64,000 nucleotides of DNA from Clostridia bacterium. GTDB taxonomy: Bacteria > Bacillota > Clostridia > TANB77 > CAG-465. Both the position numbers and the translations under genes were made by a program. Below are positions 20,201 to 29,889 of this stretch, piece after piece. The stretch's first letter is position 1. Each line of letters starts with the position of its first letter. The notes beneath the pieces were generated by a model. It did no database searches. It was given only the letters and a program-made list of their open reading frames with translations, and was not told the origin of the DNA. The stretch covers positions 20,917-84,916 of the forward strand of contig JAGAIU010000011.1 of NCBI GenBank assembly GCA_017626395.1, given 5' to 3'.

Positions 20201-23200
20201 CTAACGAAAGGGTGTTAGATTTTCTTACTAATAGTGATATTCGTCTTGATAAAAATATTCCATTGTCTGGTTTTAATAGAAAAGGTATTGTTAGAATTAA
20301 TGATAATAGAACATCATCACCTCAATCTTTTGTTAATGTTTTAATGCATGAAATGGGACATGGATTGTTACAACATACATTACGAGGAGATATTGCTAGA
20401 AAAGATTTATCTTTACAAAAAGAATTACAACAACAAGGATTATATATTCCAGAGGCTTTATCAGTTGAAGGTAGTAAATTCGGTAAACCTATTGCAGAAT
20501 ATGAAACCGATTTATTATCAAAAATAGTATTATCAAATATGGGTCTGGATACATCTTTTCATGATAAAAGATTAGAAAAATTAGCATCAATTATTGAAAA
20601 AGATTATGGCTCTTTAGATGCTGTTAATATTGAATTGGTTGAGGCAACAGCAAAGTCTGTTATAGATAATCAAACAATGTTATCTGAAATAATAAGCGAT
20701 TTATTAAAACAATCCGAACATAGAAAAAACTTCCAAATTAGAGATGTTTTAAAAACTATAAATCCTTCTTATGAAGAGGAATATTCTTATTATAATGATT
20801 ATGATTTTGCTCCTAGTTTTGAAGAGATGAAGGAACGAGAAATACAACAACATTCTAAAGCAATGGATTATGATGAGAAAAAAGCAATAGGAAAAAAAGA
20901 ATCATTTTCTTTTAAAAATGTAGACTTATCTATTATTACAGAACCATTAAATGATATAAAAGAAAATATACAAAAAATAGCTGAAAGAATTGTACCATCT
21001 ACTAGTGCTTTAGATTTAGCGTATGGCTCATCATATAGTAATGTTGATAAAGATACACTTGATAGGCATACAGATGCTTTAAATAATCATGCTAAAGAAA
21101 TGCGTGAAACTCGTGAATTTAATGAAAAAGTGTTTAGTTCTTTTATTAATAAAGATGATGATAATACACCAAAATTATCAGAGCCATCAACAGATAATAA
21201 TCAATCATATATTGATGCTAAAGCTGTTGTTGTTGAAGATATAGATAATGATATTAATGATATTATTTATGATGAAATACAAGATATCTTTCCTGAAACT
21301 GACAGTATATATGGTATTGTGTATAATAAAATAAATGAAAGTTTTATTTCACAATTAGTAAAAAGTATAACACAATTTGATGATGTTATACAAAAAACAT
21401 CTTTATATTTAGAAAGTGGTACTAAATTACTTTTAACAAATAATCAATATATTCAAGATGTTATTAATGGTTTTATTATTATGGGGGATATGTTAAAAAA
21501 GAACAATAACATAAAATTGTTACCAGAAAAAATTTATCCTGATTTTACATTAAAAAATAACAGTTATGGTATTGAAGAGCAAGGCTCTTTACTGCAAACG
21601 TTAGATAAATATTCTCCATATGCAGATTTTATAAATTCACAAAATGATTTATTACAAATATCAAAAAATATTACAGATAGTCAATTAAAGCCACCTGTTT
21701 CATCAGCTATTAGAAGTCAAATTATAGGCAGATTATATAGGCAATCTCTTGGAGAAAGACAATTATATTCTGAACCTATTGGTCCTATTCCAGCACAACC
21801 AGTCTCAAAAAATACATATGCATTTGGAGCTACTAAATTAGGGGCATACGAGAAACAATATAGATTATTAGCAAATGGTGGTATATATTCATATCCTATT
21901 GGTCCACAGCAATTAAATAATCCCCCATTATATCCAAATGTAGGTATAACACAATATCAAAAACCGATTGGACCATCACCAGCGATTACAGATTTAGATA
22001 AATATAATCAATATTTAGCTATTGAAGAAGAAAATAAACGTATTAAGAGAGAACAAGAACATCAAGCATATATTAATATGCAGGCAAAAGCTACAGAAGA
22101 ACTTATTGGTATTACTGAACGATATAATAAAAAAATACAAAGACAAAAAGAAGTAAATGATGCCATTGCTAAAGTTCGTAATCAAAGATACCAAGACTAT
22201 AAAAAAGAACGACAAGCATTATTACAATTAGCATTTGCTCATGATATTTTTATTGAAAAACAAAAACCAGTACAGATAAAAAGCCCACAAGGTGTTTTAC
22301 AAGCATCTCCACAATCTGCACCAACAGGTGAATTTACTATCTTAAAACAAGCTCAATTTTTCCCTGGTTTAGATAATAATTATTATCAATTCTTAAATGA
22401 TATTCAAAATCAAAAAGAAATAGAAGAACAAAATAGAAAAAGAGCAGCTGCTTTACGATATGATGCTATCACACAAGCAGAACAATATGCTTCTACATAT
22501 GCTCAATTATATCCTGAATATATTAACCCAGAGTATATAGAAGCATCACAAGTAATGAATCAAAAATTTAATCCTATATCAGCTTTTGTAAAACGTAACC
22601 AACAATATGATACTCCAATTGGACCATTACCTGCGATAGAAACTAATACTCCCTTATTAATTGATAGTCATTTAAATGGACAACATGAAAGAGCACAAAC
22701 AGCATTACAAAGATTACAAGAGAGAAGAAATCAGCAACTTCAAGACAATGCATATACTCCAAGTATGGGTACGTATTATGCACAAATATGGGATTATTTA
22801 CCACATGGTGTTGACCCAGAGCCAATTAAACGAACAGCTTTAGAACAAGCAGCTTTAATAAAGAAGCAAAATGAATCTCTTGAAAATCAGCAAAAAGAAT
22901 TTTTAAATATTGCTAATATTGTATCTGAACAATCTGAATTAGAAGAACAAAAAAAGAAACAACTAAAAGCAGCAAATAAATCTATTGAACAAGCAAAACA
23001 AGCATATGATGATTTACTCGTTATAGCAAATTCAATTACACAAGATATTAAAATACGATATGCACAAGGAGAAACTTTAACTAATGGAGAAGTATTAGCA
23101 TTAGATGATACAGAAAAAACAGTTAATGGTAAAACTTTAAAAGGTGCTCGTAGTACAGAACTTGAAAGGAACCCACAAAGAGTAATGTCTATGATGTTTG

Positions 23201-25737
23201 ATAGATTTGAATTAGAACAATCATCTAATCAAAGATTAAGACAACCATTATCTATAATAGAAAGAAATGCATATGTTGCTACTGCAATGATGTATAATAG
23301 TTTTGAGAGACAAAATCAAAAAATTAATAGTTTCTTAATGATGGTTGTTCAACTGCTTGATAATATTTATAAGGTACAAAGTGGTGCAACATTATTAGAA
23401 TCAGGTGAAAAAGAAGACTTTATAGAAACCAGACTTGCTACAGAAGAAGATATAAAAACAAAACATAGTGCACGTACAACAGTTGATATACGAGGTGGTG
23501 TAGCATATGGTGGTACAGAAGAAGATGTACGTGCACAAAAAGAAGATTGGGAAGAAAATTGGGAACCATTATATAAAGAAAGAATATATTGGCAACAAAA
23601 AGCTCAACAAATTAAAGATAATTTTATTAATGCAGGTAAATCAGTAGATGATTTTATTGATAAAAAACTTGAAAGATTTAGTGATGACCCAGCAAAAATA
23701 GGTGATGCAGCACAAAAAATGTTAACTTTTACTACTAGATTAGAAAATTTTCAAGATGCTATGACAAAAGCAGGTGAAATTTTTCCACCATTTTTAGCAA
23801 TAGCTGCAACTATGCAAGGGATTATAGGAGTACTATCTTTTATAACAAGTGGATTGGCAACTGCTGAAACTATTTTAACAGCAGCAAGAATGATAAACAC
23901 AGAAATAACTCAAGAAGAAGCCAAAGCCGAAGGAAAAGAAGCTGCATGGAATATGGCACAAAAAATTAAAAAATATACAGCAGGTCATGAAAATATACAA
24001 AAAATTATAGATAAAGGTTCTAGATATGCAATAAAAGCTAGTAATGCTATTATGAAAGGAGCTGATAAAGCTATAGGTTTTATAGCAAGTAATATAGAAA
24101 TTTTAGGACCAATTGCAGCAGCAATAGCAGTTACTGTTGGAGCATTATGGTTATCAGAGCAATCACATGCAAAAGCACTTAAAGAAGCAACAGAAGAACA
24201 AGAAAAAGCAATGAGTGCTACTAAAACAAGTTATATAGAATATCAAAATATTCATAATGCACGAAAAGCCGAAACAGATGCAATGAAACGTCAACAATTA
24301 GCACGTAAAGAATCAATTGCATTATATAGACTTGAAGCAGATAGAGCAAGACAATTAAACGCTATCAATAAAAAATCAGAATTACGTAATGATGCATTAT
24401 GGGGTGAATATGGAATAAGAGCTGCAATGCAAAAACAAGGTCTTGGTTTTATTGCTGGTGGCGACTTCCAATCTCAATATGAACAATATGAAGGCTCTAC
24501 TGGTGAAATTAGAAGAATCAGAGAAGATGTATTAGATGGTAGTTATACTAGCAGTCAAATACAAGTTGCTGGATGGTATGATGCACATGTTCAACAATTA
24601 GGACAAATAGAAGCTTTTGCACCTGAATTACAAGAATTATATGATACTGAAAGTCGATTAATAGATAAATATGGCTCTCAAGAAGATGCAAGAAATTCAA
24701 AAGAATTTAAAAAAGCTGTTCAAAAATTTGCTGATGCTACAGGTTTAAATGAAGAAACAGCCAAAAAATATTTAGATTATTTACAAACTGAAGCTAATGT
24801 TGAAAATGCAAGAAAAGCTATGCAAGCACAAGTTAATGTAATTACATCTGAAGCACAAGCAAATGCATATAAGATTATTTATGGCGATGAAGCTGGAATA
24901 GGGGATATGGAAGGTGTTCAAGATGCTATGGTATATGCTACAGCTGACCAAATATTTAAAGATGCATATCAAGAAATGTGGTGGAGTATGTTAATGGAAT
25001 GGCTAGCAGCTATTTGGAATCAATTAACATTAAACTTTGGAGAAGCAGATAAACATGCAAGAGCAGCAGGTGCATATCAAGATGGAATGAAAAAATTAGT
25101 TGAAAATCAAGGACGTATCACCGAAGAAGGTGTAGAAATTGCTCGAGCAGACCAAAGAAAAGATTATGGAAACGAGAAGTATTCATATTATGAAGATACA
25201 CCATTTGGTGGAGCAATTGCAAGTTCAGAAGCTATGAAACAAGATTGGGCAATTGAAGGTGATAGTGGATATTATAATGCTTCAGAATCTAATATTACAG
25301 CATCAAATTTAAATATACAAAAAGATGTTAGTGAATCTTTAGATAATTATTATTCAGAAGTACCATCAACAAAAGAAAATTATAATGATATAAACGAATC
25401 ATTTTCAAAAGCTGATATGAAAACATTTAAAAACTTTGGTAGGTCTTTTGAGAAAGTGTCTAATAAAATACCTATGTATGGAAATAAAACAGAAATTCAT
25501 ATTCATAATTTAAATATTAATACAGAAGATGACCCAGAAAAAATGGCTACAGAATTTAGAAGGCTGCTTGTAGATATGGGAGACCAAATGGTACCACGTC
25601 AAGTATCAAGAACAGTAGGTAAACCATCAGAGACATCAAACACTACACAAGAAGATAACCAAACAAATAATAATAATGCAAATAATAATAATGCAAATAA
25701 TAATAATGTAAATAATAATAATGCAAATCCAAATTGA
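17239..25737 (+). CDS. tail tape measure protein (2832 aa) with an embedded HExxH zincin-like motif
   Basis: Position after the chaperones. Very long, helix-rich and Q/E/K/A-rich. Internal hydrophobic segments at aa 375-435. LMHEMGHGLLQH at 20344..20376. Four PIGP-containing repeats. C-terminal (NNNNA)x4. Confidence 0.7.
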   Translation: MTSYNTIETPQDYVNYTFNISSRGVTEVMGEMAGLSNTVTTILGQLAFKTSEYLTHTESLTISMSTAAIAAYASATQEAMKFEQQIANVQAIGGESINAMDIGQAAMQYSNQFGMNISNMTEGLEALARAGLTATDVMSGVLEEGVKLSKLEGIDLEDSINNLISTTNLLAEEDYDINSQEYADAVKAMNQHIVSTSESAPINAENIIQSLQHVGGYASANKIDQDDLFAVIAQLGAKGTKGEMAGTALRAFIAAGQKDQAQRALARIGLNVSDLWDDNGEAMLPVSEMKDVLDNALEARGYSQQEKLEFYSDFAGYKQANQIMKIDTDEVKEYKETIKNAWDLGTKLDTILGTTQSNLQILFQTVKNFMTRVGSTMLPILNAIIIPIKLGVQLLDAMPFSENIVGILLGVTAIKGILLFINRVVPTLAGMYTGLSTSTSRAEENMGKTRKHIGGIVDDLRQAKDIFEHINDKTYLSQIRLQKGLMGEQSHQVHKVITREIYNDIAAGNPNVADFDDLSFTEKEVVSNIMEAYKDTDIYQNKLHAYVNRFRNMGEYIAEGLTSNQNVKTSTSKPFNDSNQDINKRISEQAKAIVDGTKKMYEKGHTIAEENIKVDYTNDRQKDIVDAILNTKDSLAEAIGRAVVQNLNVEETYVSEGLGSFQLDKVKSSKIITQLQEIEDNVSDNLGDIGYFLDYDLEKIDNLLANVGYDLQNKISAFSNTNPSYMNKMQKMRMEKIISGAAKTNLGAQYSLEQNNIDVLGVLRDGKWNDPGNDSLLGIHDRQMEAMEKALDMDIQKGVERTQRLNNIHTYLQSKYEGNKDEKIAEILQETGKIWASDIATPRPSREASKYLTDTRATFIGNTLGLNGVDWSQVENPAQELIEYFADASENAKKARQLKKADALMFSIMEQAKSEDAIFNQAESDELGYIIRRYKQLLLARNKKIEEELGVNTIINPKHTTSNPAIKKALEGSASTYAWNRIPEINNANERVLDFLTNSDIRLDKNIPLSGFNRKGIVRINDNRTSSPQSFVNVLMHEMGHGLLQHTLRGDIARKDLSLQKELQQQGLYIPEALSVEGSKFGKPIAEYETDLLSKIVLSNMGLDTSFHDKRLEKLASIIEKDYGSLDAVNIELVEATAKSVIDNQTMLSEIISDLLKQSEHRKNFQIRDVLKTINPSYEEEYSYYNDYDFAPSFEEMKEREIQQHSKAMDYDEKKAIGKKESFSFKNVDLSIITEPLNDIKENIQKIAERIVPSTSALDLAYGSSYSNVDKDTLDRHTDALNNHAKEMRETREFNEKVFSSFINKDDDNTPKLSEPSTDNNQSYIDAKAVVVEDIDNDINDIIYDEIQDIFPETDSIYGIVYNKINESFISQLVKSITQFDDVIQKTSLYLESGTKLLLTNNQYIQDVINGFIIMGDMLKKNNNIKLLPEKIYPDFTLKNNSYGIEEQGSLLQTLDKYSPYADFINSQNDLLQISKNITDSQLKPPVSSAIRSQIIGRLYRQSLGERQLYSEPIGPIPAQPVSKNTYAFGATKLGAYEKQYRLLANGGIYSYPIGPQQLNNPPLYPNVGITQYQKPIGPSPAITDLDKYNQYLAIEEENKRIKREQEHQAYINMQAKATEELIGITERYNKKIQRQKEVNDAIAKVRNQRYQDYKKERQALLQLAFAHDIFIEKQKPVQIKSPQGVLQASPQSAPTGEFTILKQAQFFPGLDNNYYQFLNDIQNQKEIEEQNRKRAAALRYDAITQAEQYASTYAQLYPEYINPEYIEASQVMNQKFNPISAFVKRNQQYDTPIGPLPAIETNTPLLIDSHLNGQHERAQTALQRLQERRNQQLQDNAYTPSMGTYYAQIWDYLPHGVDPEPIKRTALEQAALIKKQNESLENQQKEFLNIANIVSEQSELEEQKKKQLKAANKSIEQAKQAYDDLLVIANSITQDIKIRYAQGETLTNGEVLALDDTEKTVNGKTLKGARSTELERNPQRVMSMMFDRFELEQSSNQRLRQPLSIIERNAYVATAMMYNSFERQNQKINSFLMMVVQLLDNIYKVQSGATLLESGEKEDFIETRLATEEDIKTKHSARTTVDIRGGVAYGGTEEDVRAQKEDWEENWEPLYKERIYWQQKAQQIKDNFINAGKSVDDFIDKKLERFSDDPAKIGDAAQKMLTFTTRLENFQDAMTKAGEIFPPFLAIAATMQGIIGVLSFITSGLATAETILTAARMINTEITQEEAKAEGKEAAWNMAQKIKKYTAGHENIQKIIDKGSRYAIKASNAIMKGADKAIGFIASNIEILGPIAAAIAVTVGALWLSEQSHAKALKEATEEQEKAMSATKTSYIEYQNIHNARKAETDAMKRQQLARKESIALYRLEADRARQLNAINKKSELRNDALWGEYGIRAAMQKQGLGFIAGGDFQSQYEQYEGSTGEIRRIREDVLDGSYTSSQIQVAGWYDAHVQQLGQIEAFAPELQELYDTESRLIDKYGSQEDARNSKEFKKAVQKFADATGLNEETAKKYLDYLQTEANVENARKAMQAQVNVITSEAQANAYKIIYGDEAGIGDMEGVQDAMVYATADQIFKDAYQEMWWSMLMEWLAAIWNQLTLNFGEADKHARAAGAYQDGMKKLVENQGRITEEGVEIARADQRKDYGNEKYSYYEDTPFGGAIASSEAMKQDWAIEGDSGYYNASESNITASNLNIQKDVSESLDNYYSEVPSTKENYNDINESFSKADMKTFKNFGRSFEKVSNKIPMYGNKTEIHIHNLNINTEDDPEKMATEFRRLLVDMGDQMVPRQVSRTVGKPSETSNTTQEDNQTNNNNANNNNANNNNVNNNNANPN
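25668..25727 (+). repeat. 15-nt tandem repeat (aataataataatgca) x4 encoding NNNNA at the tape measure C-terminus
   Basis: aataataataatgcaaataataataatgcaaataataataatgtaaataataataatgcaaat. Confidence 0.7.
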
Positions 25738-25747
25738 GGTTATATAA

Positions 25748-26692
25748 ATGTCTAATACTACAGGAAATTATACTGCACCATCACCATCTGATGATTATAG
25801 TGGAGAACCAGTTACAAATGCAAATGATGAAGAATTACAGTCAGAATTAGAAAGTGATGCATCAGCTGATGAAGCTGGAGATAGAGAATTAAATTTAGAT
25901 TCATCTACATGGGATGGAATGCAAAGTGGAGCTATTGAGCCAGGATATAAATCTACACAATCTCATAATTGGTTAGAAACTATACCAGATGCATATAAAG
26001 ACCAAGCTCGTGAATGGAGTGCTCAAAGAGGAGTTATAAAAATTACTCCTATAGAGCAAAGACAAAAATTCACATATGCAACTGTTGCATATATAGCAGA
26101 CAAACAAGAAGAGCCAAAAACCCAAATTTTTCCTATTGTAGATTTGAATAATACTCCACACCAAATTACTTGGGATTTTTACGATAGCACAGAAGGTCGT
26201 ATCGGTGTATCTAATGCAGTTGAAAAATATCAAACATGCACCTTTGATGTTTATTTAACAGAATTATTGGCTACATATTGGGCTTTTGGTGAAAATGATA
26301 AATATGATTATGGTCTACCAACTTATCCTAATATGAAACGTAGATGGTGGCGTGCTGTTGAAAATGGTACATATTTAGATTTTGAAGCAGATATAGAATC
26401 CACTAAAGAATTTATTGATTTCAGAAATACTTTCTTGCAACAGCATTTAGGTTGGGTTTGTAGATTTGCTAGTCATACTTTTGGAGTATTTCAAGGTGTT
26501 ATAAGTGATGTAAAATATACTATTGGTGCTGGTGAATCATTTGCAAAATGGAGCATTGAAATTAAAGAAGCAGTTTTCCTACAAGATGCATACTCAACAA
26601 AAGGAAAAAAAGAAGAAGTAGAGACATCAGGAGGAAGCGAAACAGATTCAGGTGATGCAGCTGCAACAGAAGACGTAGCAACAAGTGGGTAA
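25748..26692 (+). CDS. hypothetical tail/baseplate protein
   Basis: 314 aa with acidic low-complexity N- and C-termini. First gene after the tape measure. Confidence 0.4.
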   Translation: MSNTTGNYTAPSPSDDYSGEPVTNANDEELQSELESDASADEAGDRELNLDSSTWDGMQSGAIEPGYKSTQSHNWLETIPDAYKDQAREWSAQRGVIKITPIEQRQKFTYATVAYIADKQEEPKTQIFPIVDLNNTPHQITWDFYDSTEGRIGVSNAVEKYQTCTFDVYLTELLATYWAFGENDKYDYGLPTYPNMKRRWWRAVENGTYLDFEADIESTKEFIDFRNTFLQQHLGWVCRFASHTFGVFQGVISDVKYTIGAGESFAKWSIEIKEAVFLQDAYSTKGKKEEVETSGGSETDSGDAAATEDVATSG

Positions 26693-26696
26693 TTAA

Positions 26697-28136
26697 ATGA
26701 TTAATCGAAGTCGTAAAAAAACACAATATGTATTTAATTCTAAAACTGGCAATTTAGAAAAATTAAACAATATCAAAGATATACAAGATGCTGCCAATGA
26801 ACAAGAAGATATTAAACCAATAACAAGTATAGCATTAATTACGTCAGAAGATAATTTAATACATAATTATTTTACTGTATACGAAACATCATGGGACGCA
26901 AGTAACGTACTACAAATTGTCACATTAAAAATGCCAAAACTAAATGCAGAAAATGTTAACTACTGGGCAACATATACTGGACAAGTTACCATATATATGG
27001 GTAGTGGATTTACTTATGATTACGTAAATGGAACTGGACATACTAATGAACAAGAAGCTGCTGAATCATTAGTAAAATACTGGGATAATTCTAATATTAA
27101 ACCTTTTTTTAGGGGCGAAGTAGACCATATAAAAGAAAGGCATACTGAAGTTGTTGTTTATATTAAAAATATAGGTAGTAGGTTTCAGCAAAAAATTCCT
27201 GAAGATTTTAGACAACAGTATATATATAATCAAAATGTAAGAGATAGTTTTCAAGCTATATGTGAATTTTTAGGAGTTCCTTATATATGTCCACCAAAAA
27301 CTGTAGTTGATGCAGCAGGCGAAGAAACAACTGAAAATAACCCATCTGGTGATGGTAATGAAAACGATGTAGGTTCACAAGTAGGTAGTGAAGCTCAATT
27401 AGCTAATACAGCTAAAAATATTGTTAAAAATGCCAATAATCAATTATATAATAAAGATAAAAATACTATAGCTAATAAATCAAATAATGACGAAAATACT
27501 GATGAAAGTACTGAAGTAACAAATGAAAATGGTAATATTAGCGATAATGTAGTTAATGATATCATAAATGGATATGATGATATTAGTTTTGATGCTAATG
27601 GTGCTATTATACATGGCTCTACTCTAATAGAAACAAGTCCAGATATGGCTCATACATTAGTAGCTATGGAAGAACACCCATTTGAAAAATATTTAGATGA
27701 TGAGACTGGAATCATTGAGAAAGTAAATAATTTCTTAAATGGTGAAATATTTGAAGAATTACATAATAACGTAATGGATTATGGAGCAATAACAATAGAA
27801 CCGAAAAGCACAACAACATCAACACCAACAACCGATTCATCTCCAACAAATAGTCAAAATGGAACAAGTGAAAATAATAATAATTCAAATTCACAATCAG
27901 GTTCTAGCAATTCATCTGCAAAAGCAAAATCATCATTACAAGCAAGAGATAGAAATGGTTGGCACAATGGACAATATTATATTAATGGAAAAATTTATTT
28001 ATCAAAAGAATACATTAATTCCTTAAGTCCTGAACAAGCAAGACAAAAAAGAACTGGAGCTTATGCAAATCATACATACACCGATGATACAATGCAAAAA
28101 TTGTTATGGAGAAGTTTAGGTTCAACATTGAGGTGA
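26697..28136 (+). CDS. hypothetical baseplate protein; paralog of 29886..30800
   Basis: Shares NIGSRFQQKIPEDFRQ...DSFQAICEFLGVPY versus NLGWKFLQKMPMDFRK...DAFQDICSFMGVEC, and EDNLIHNYF versus EDNLAHTYM, with ORF 29886. N/S/T-rich linker. Confidence 0.4.
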   Translation: MINRSRKKTQYVFNSKTGNLEKLNNIKDIQDAANEQEDIKPITSIALITSEDNLIHNYFTVYETSWDASNVLQIVTLKMPKLNAENVNYWATYTGQVTIYMGSGFTYDYVNGTGHTNEQEAAESLVKYWDNSNIKPFFRGEVDHIKERHTEVVVYIKNIGSRFQQKIPEDFRQQYIYNQNVRDSFQAICEFLGVPYICPPKTVVDAAGEETTENNPSGDGNENDVGSQVGSEAQLANTAKNIVKNANNQLYNKDKNTIANKSNNDENTDESTEVTNENGNISDNVVNDIINGYDDISFDANGAIIHGSTLIETSPDMAHTLVAMEEHPFEKYLDDETGIIEKVNNFLNGEIFEELHNNVMDYGAITIEPKSTTTSTPTTDSSPTNSQNGTSENNNNSNSQSGSSNSSAKAKSSLQARDRNGWHNGQYYINGKIYLSKEYINSLSPEQARQKRTGAYANHTYTDDTMQKLLWRSLGSTLR

Positions 28137-28140
28137 TATC

Positions 28141-29889
28141 ATGACAGATGACAATAAAAATGAAGAAGATGAAAATCAAGATAATCAACAAAACAATAAC
28201 CAATCAGTTAGTAATTCAAAAAACGTTGTTATTGGATGCGATAAGAATAATGGTGATGACAGTAAATGTCAAGACACAGTTAAGCAAGTATTAGAACAAG
28301 CAGGTTATAAAACAGAAACATTAGCAATTGACCCAAATGCTTATGCAAGTTATTCTTACACAGGTGATGCTAAAGGAAAAATTGGCGTTTATTTAATGGC
28401 TGGTAGTTTAATATCTTTTTTAGATGGGGCAAGTGATAATTTTGATTATAATATTTTCGGTATCAGAGGAGATGTATCAGATAGTTTAGGTAAAAAAGCA
28501 GGTTTTGAAAAAAATGGAGTACCAAAAGACCATCATGGTGATTGTACCATAGCCGAATGTGATAAATATCAAGGTAAAACATATCCAGAATTGAATGAAA
28601 TATATAAAGATAGATGTCAAGCAGTTCCTGGTGATACTATCGATGAATTGGCACAAAATATATTAGCTGCAATTCAAGGAAAAGGTTTTACTGGTGGTGG
28701 AGCTGGAAATACTGTAAGTTCTGGTGGTGGAGCACAAATAAAAGATAAAACATTTGAAAAATGTATTCGTCGAATATGTGCTGCAACAGATTCTGTTTTT
28801 CTTGTTGAAAATAATGCTGCTGTATTATTTCCTTATACAGATTGGTTAGCTTTTACATTAAGAGAAAAAATTAGTATTATTACACCAAAAGAAATAGACC
28901 CTGATGTATTCTCTATGGAATATCATAATGAAGGGACATATAATAAGGTTAGTATTGCTTGGGGTGGAGCTACATTACCAAATCGTTTTCCAGATAATCC
29001 ATTAATGCAAGAAAAATATAATGAAAAAATAAAAGCACAAACTGAAACTATTAAAAAGAATGGAACAACACAAAAGAATAAAACAGCTGAAGATGGAACA
29101 AATATTCTTTCTGAACAGTACGATATATTAGTAGATAAATATGGTGAACTTGAAAAAAGAATAGAATCACCAGTAGACAACTATGAAACAGCACAATATT
29201 TAGTAAATGCATTATTAATTCAGTACGTACGTGATTTTAATAATAGTTGCGAATGCAGAGCATTAGGGAACAGAAGATACATAGGTGGAACATTTTACAT
29301 AGTAACCAATCCTTTTACTTACGAACAAGAAATGCTATACCTAAATGGATACACAGTAAGAACACAAAAAGACGAACCAATATATTTTGATTTAGACTTT
29401 AGATATGGACCAGAATCAGCCGAAGAATTATTAGACTATCAACTATATACAGGTGGTAGTGGAGCTTCTGGTGGTGGTTCATCGTCAGCAGGAATGGGCA
29501 CATCAACAGAAGCAGAGATATGGGAACATGCAAGTAAATTCTGTCATTTCTGGTCATGTGGTGAATTACGTGAAGCCGAATCAGATACAAACGACCCACA
29601 AGTAGCAGCAGATTATGTAAAGAAAAAAGAAGAGGCTAATACGCCAAAAATCTGTTTATCATGTTATGGTATGAGTGCATGGTTATACTATTACTTTAAT
29701 AACCAAGCTAATATTCCATGTCGAGTTATTTTTGGAGGAGGGCATAAAGTAGTAGAGCTTTACAAAGATAATAAATGGTATAAGCCTATTGACGAATATA
29801 GAAAATTAGATGAAGGTTTTCGATATAACGATGCATGTAAATCTGACAACGTAGAAGTTACATTGCAGCCACCAGGAGGTCCTAAATGA
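28141..29889 (+). CDS. baseplate-associated protein with C-terminal Pei-like transglutaminase-fold cysteine peptidase domain
   Basis: CLSCYGMSAWLYYYFNNQANIPCRVIFGGGHKVVELYKDNKWYKPIDEY has the Cys-His-Asp arrangement. Q/N-rich N-terminus. Lies in the baseplate block. Confidence 0.5.
   Translation: MTDDNKNEEDENQDNQQNNNQSVSNSKNVVIGCDKNNGDDSKCQDTVKQVLEQAGYKTETLAIDPNAYASYSYTGDAKGKIGVYLMAGSLISFLDGASDNFDYNIFGIRGDVSDSLGKKAGFEKNGVPKDHHGDCTIAECDKYQGKTYPELNEIYKDRCQAVPGDTIDELAQNILAAIQGKGFTGGGAGNTVSSGGGAQIKDKTFEKCIRRICAATDSVFLVENNAAVLFPYTDWLAFTLREKISIITPKEIDPDVFSMEYHNEGTYNKVSIAWGGATLPNRFPDNPLMQEKYNEKIKAQTETIKKNGTTQKNKTAEDGTNILSEQYDILVDKYGELEKRIESPVDNYETAQYLVNALLIQYVRDFNNSCECRALGNRRYIGGTFYIVTNPFTYEQEMLYLNGYTVRTQKDEPIYFDLDFRYGPESAEELLDYQLYTGGSGASGGGSSSAGMGTSTEAEIWEHASKFCHFWSCGELREAESDTNDPQVAADYVKKKEEANTPKICLSCYGMSAWLYYYFNNQANIPCRVIFGGGHKVVELYKDNKWYKPIDEYRKLDEGFRYNDACKSDNVEVTLQPPGGPK

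Noticed and set aside
25668-25727. Short tandem repeat array that could superficially look like a CRISPR or microsatellite locus
   Set aside because: 15-nt period, only four copies, no spacers, and fully inside the tape measure reading frame (encodes NNNNA repeats). It is a coding low-complexity tail, not CRISPR.
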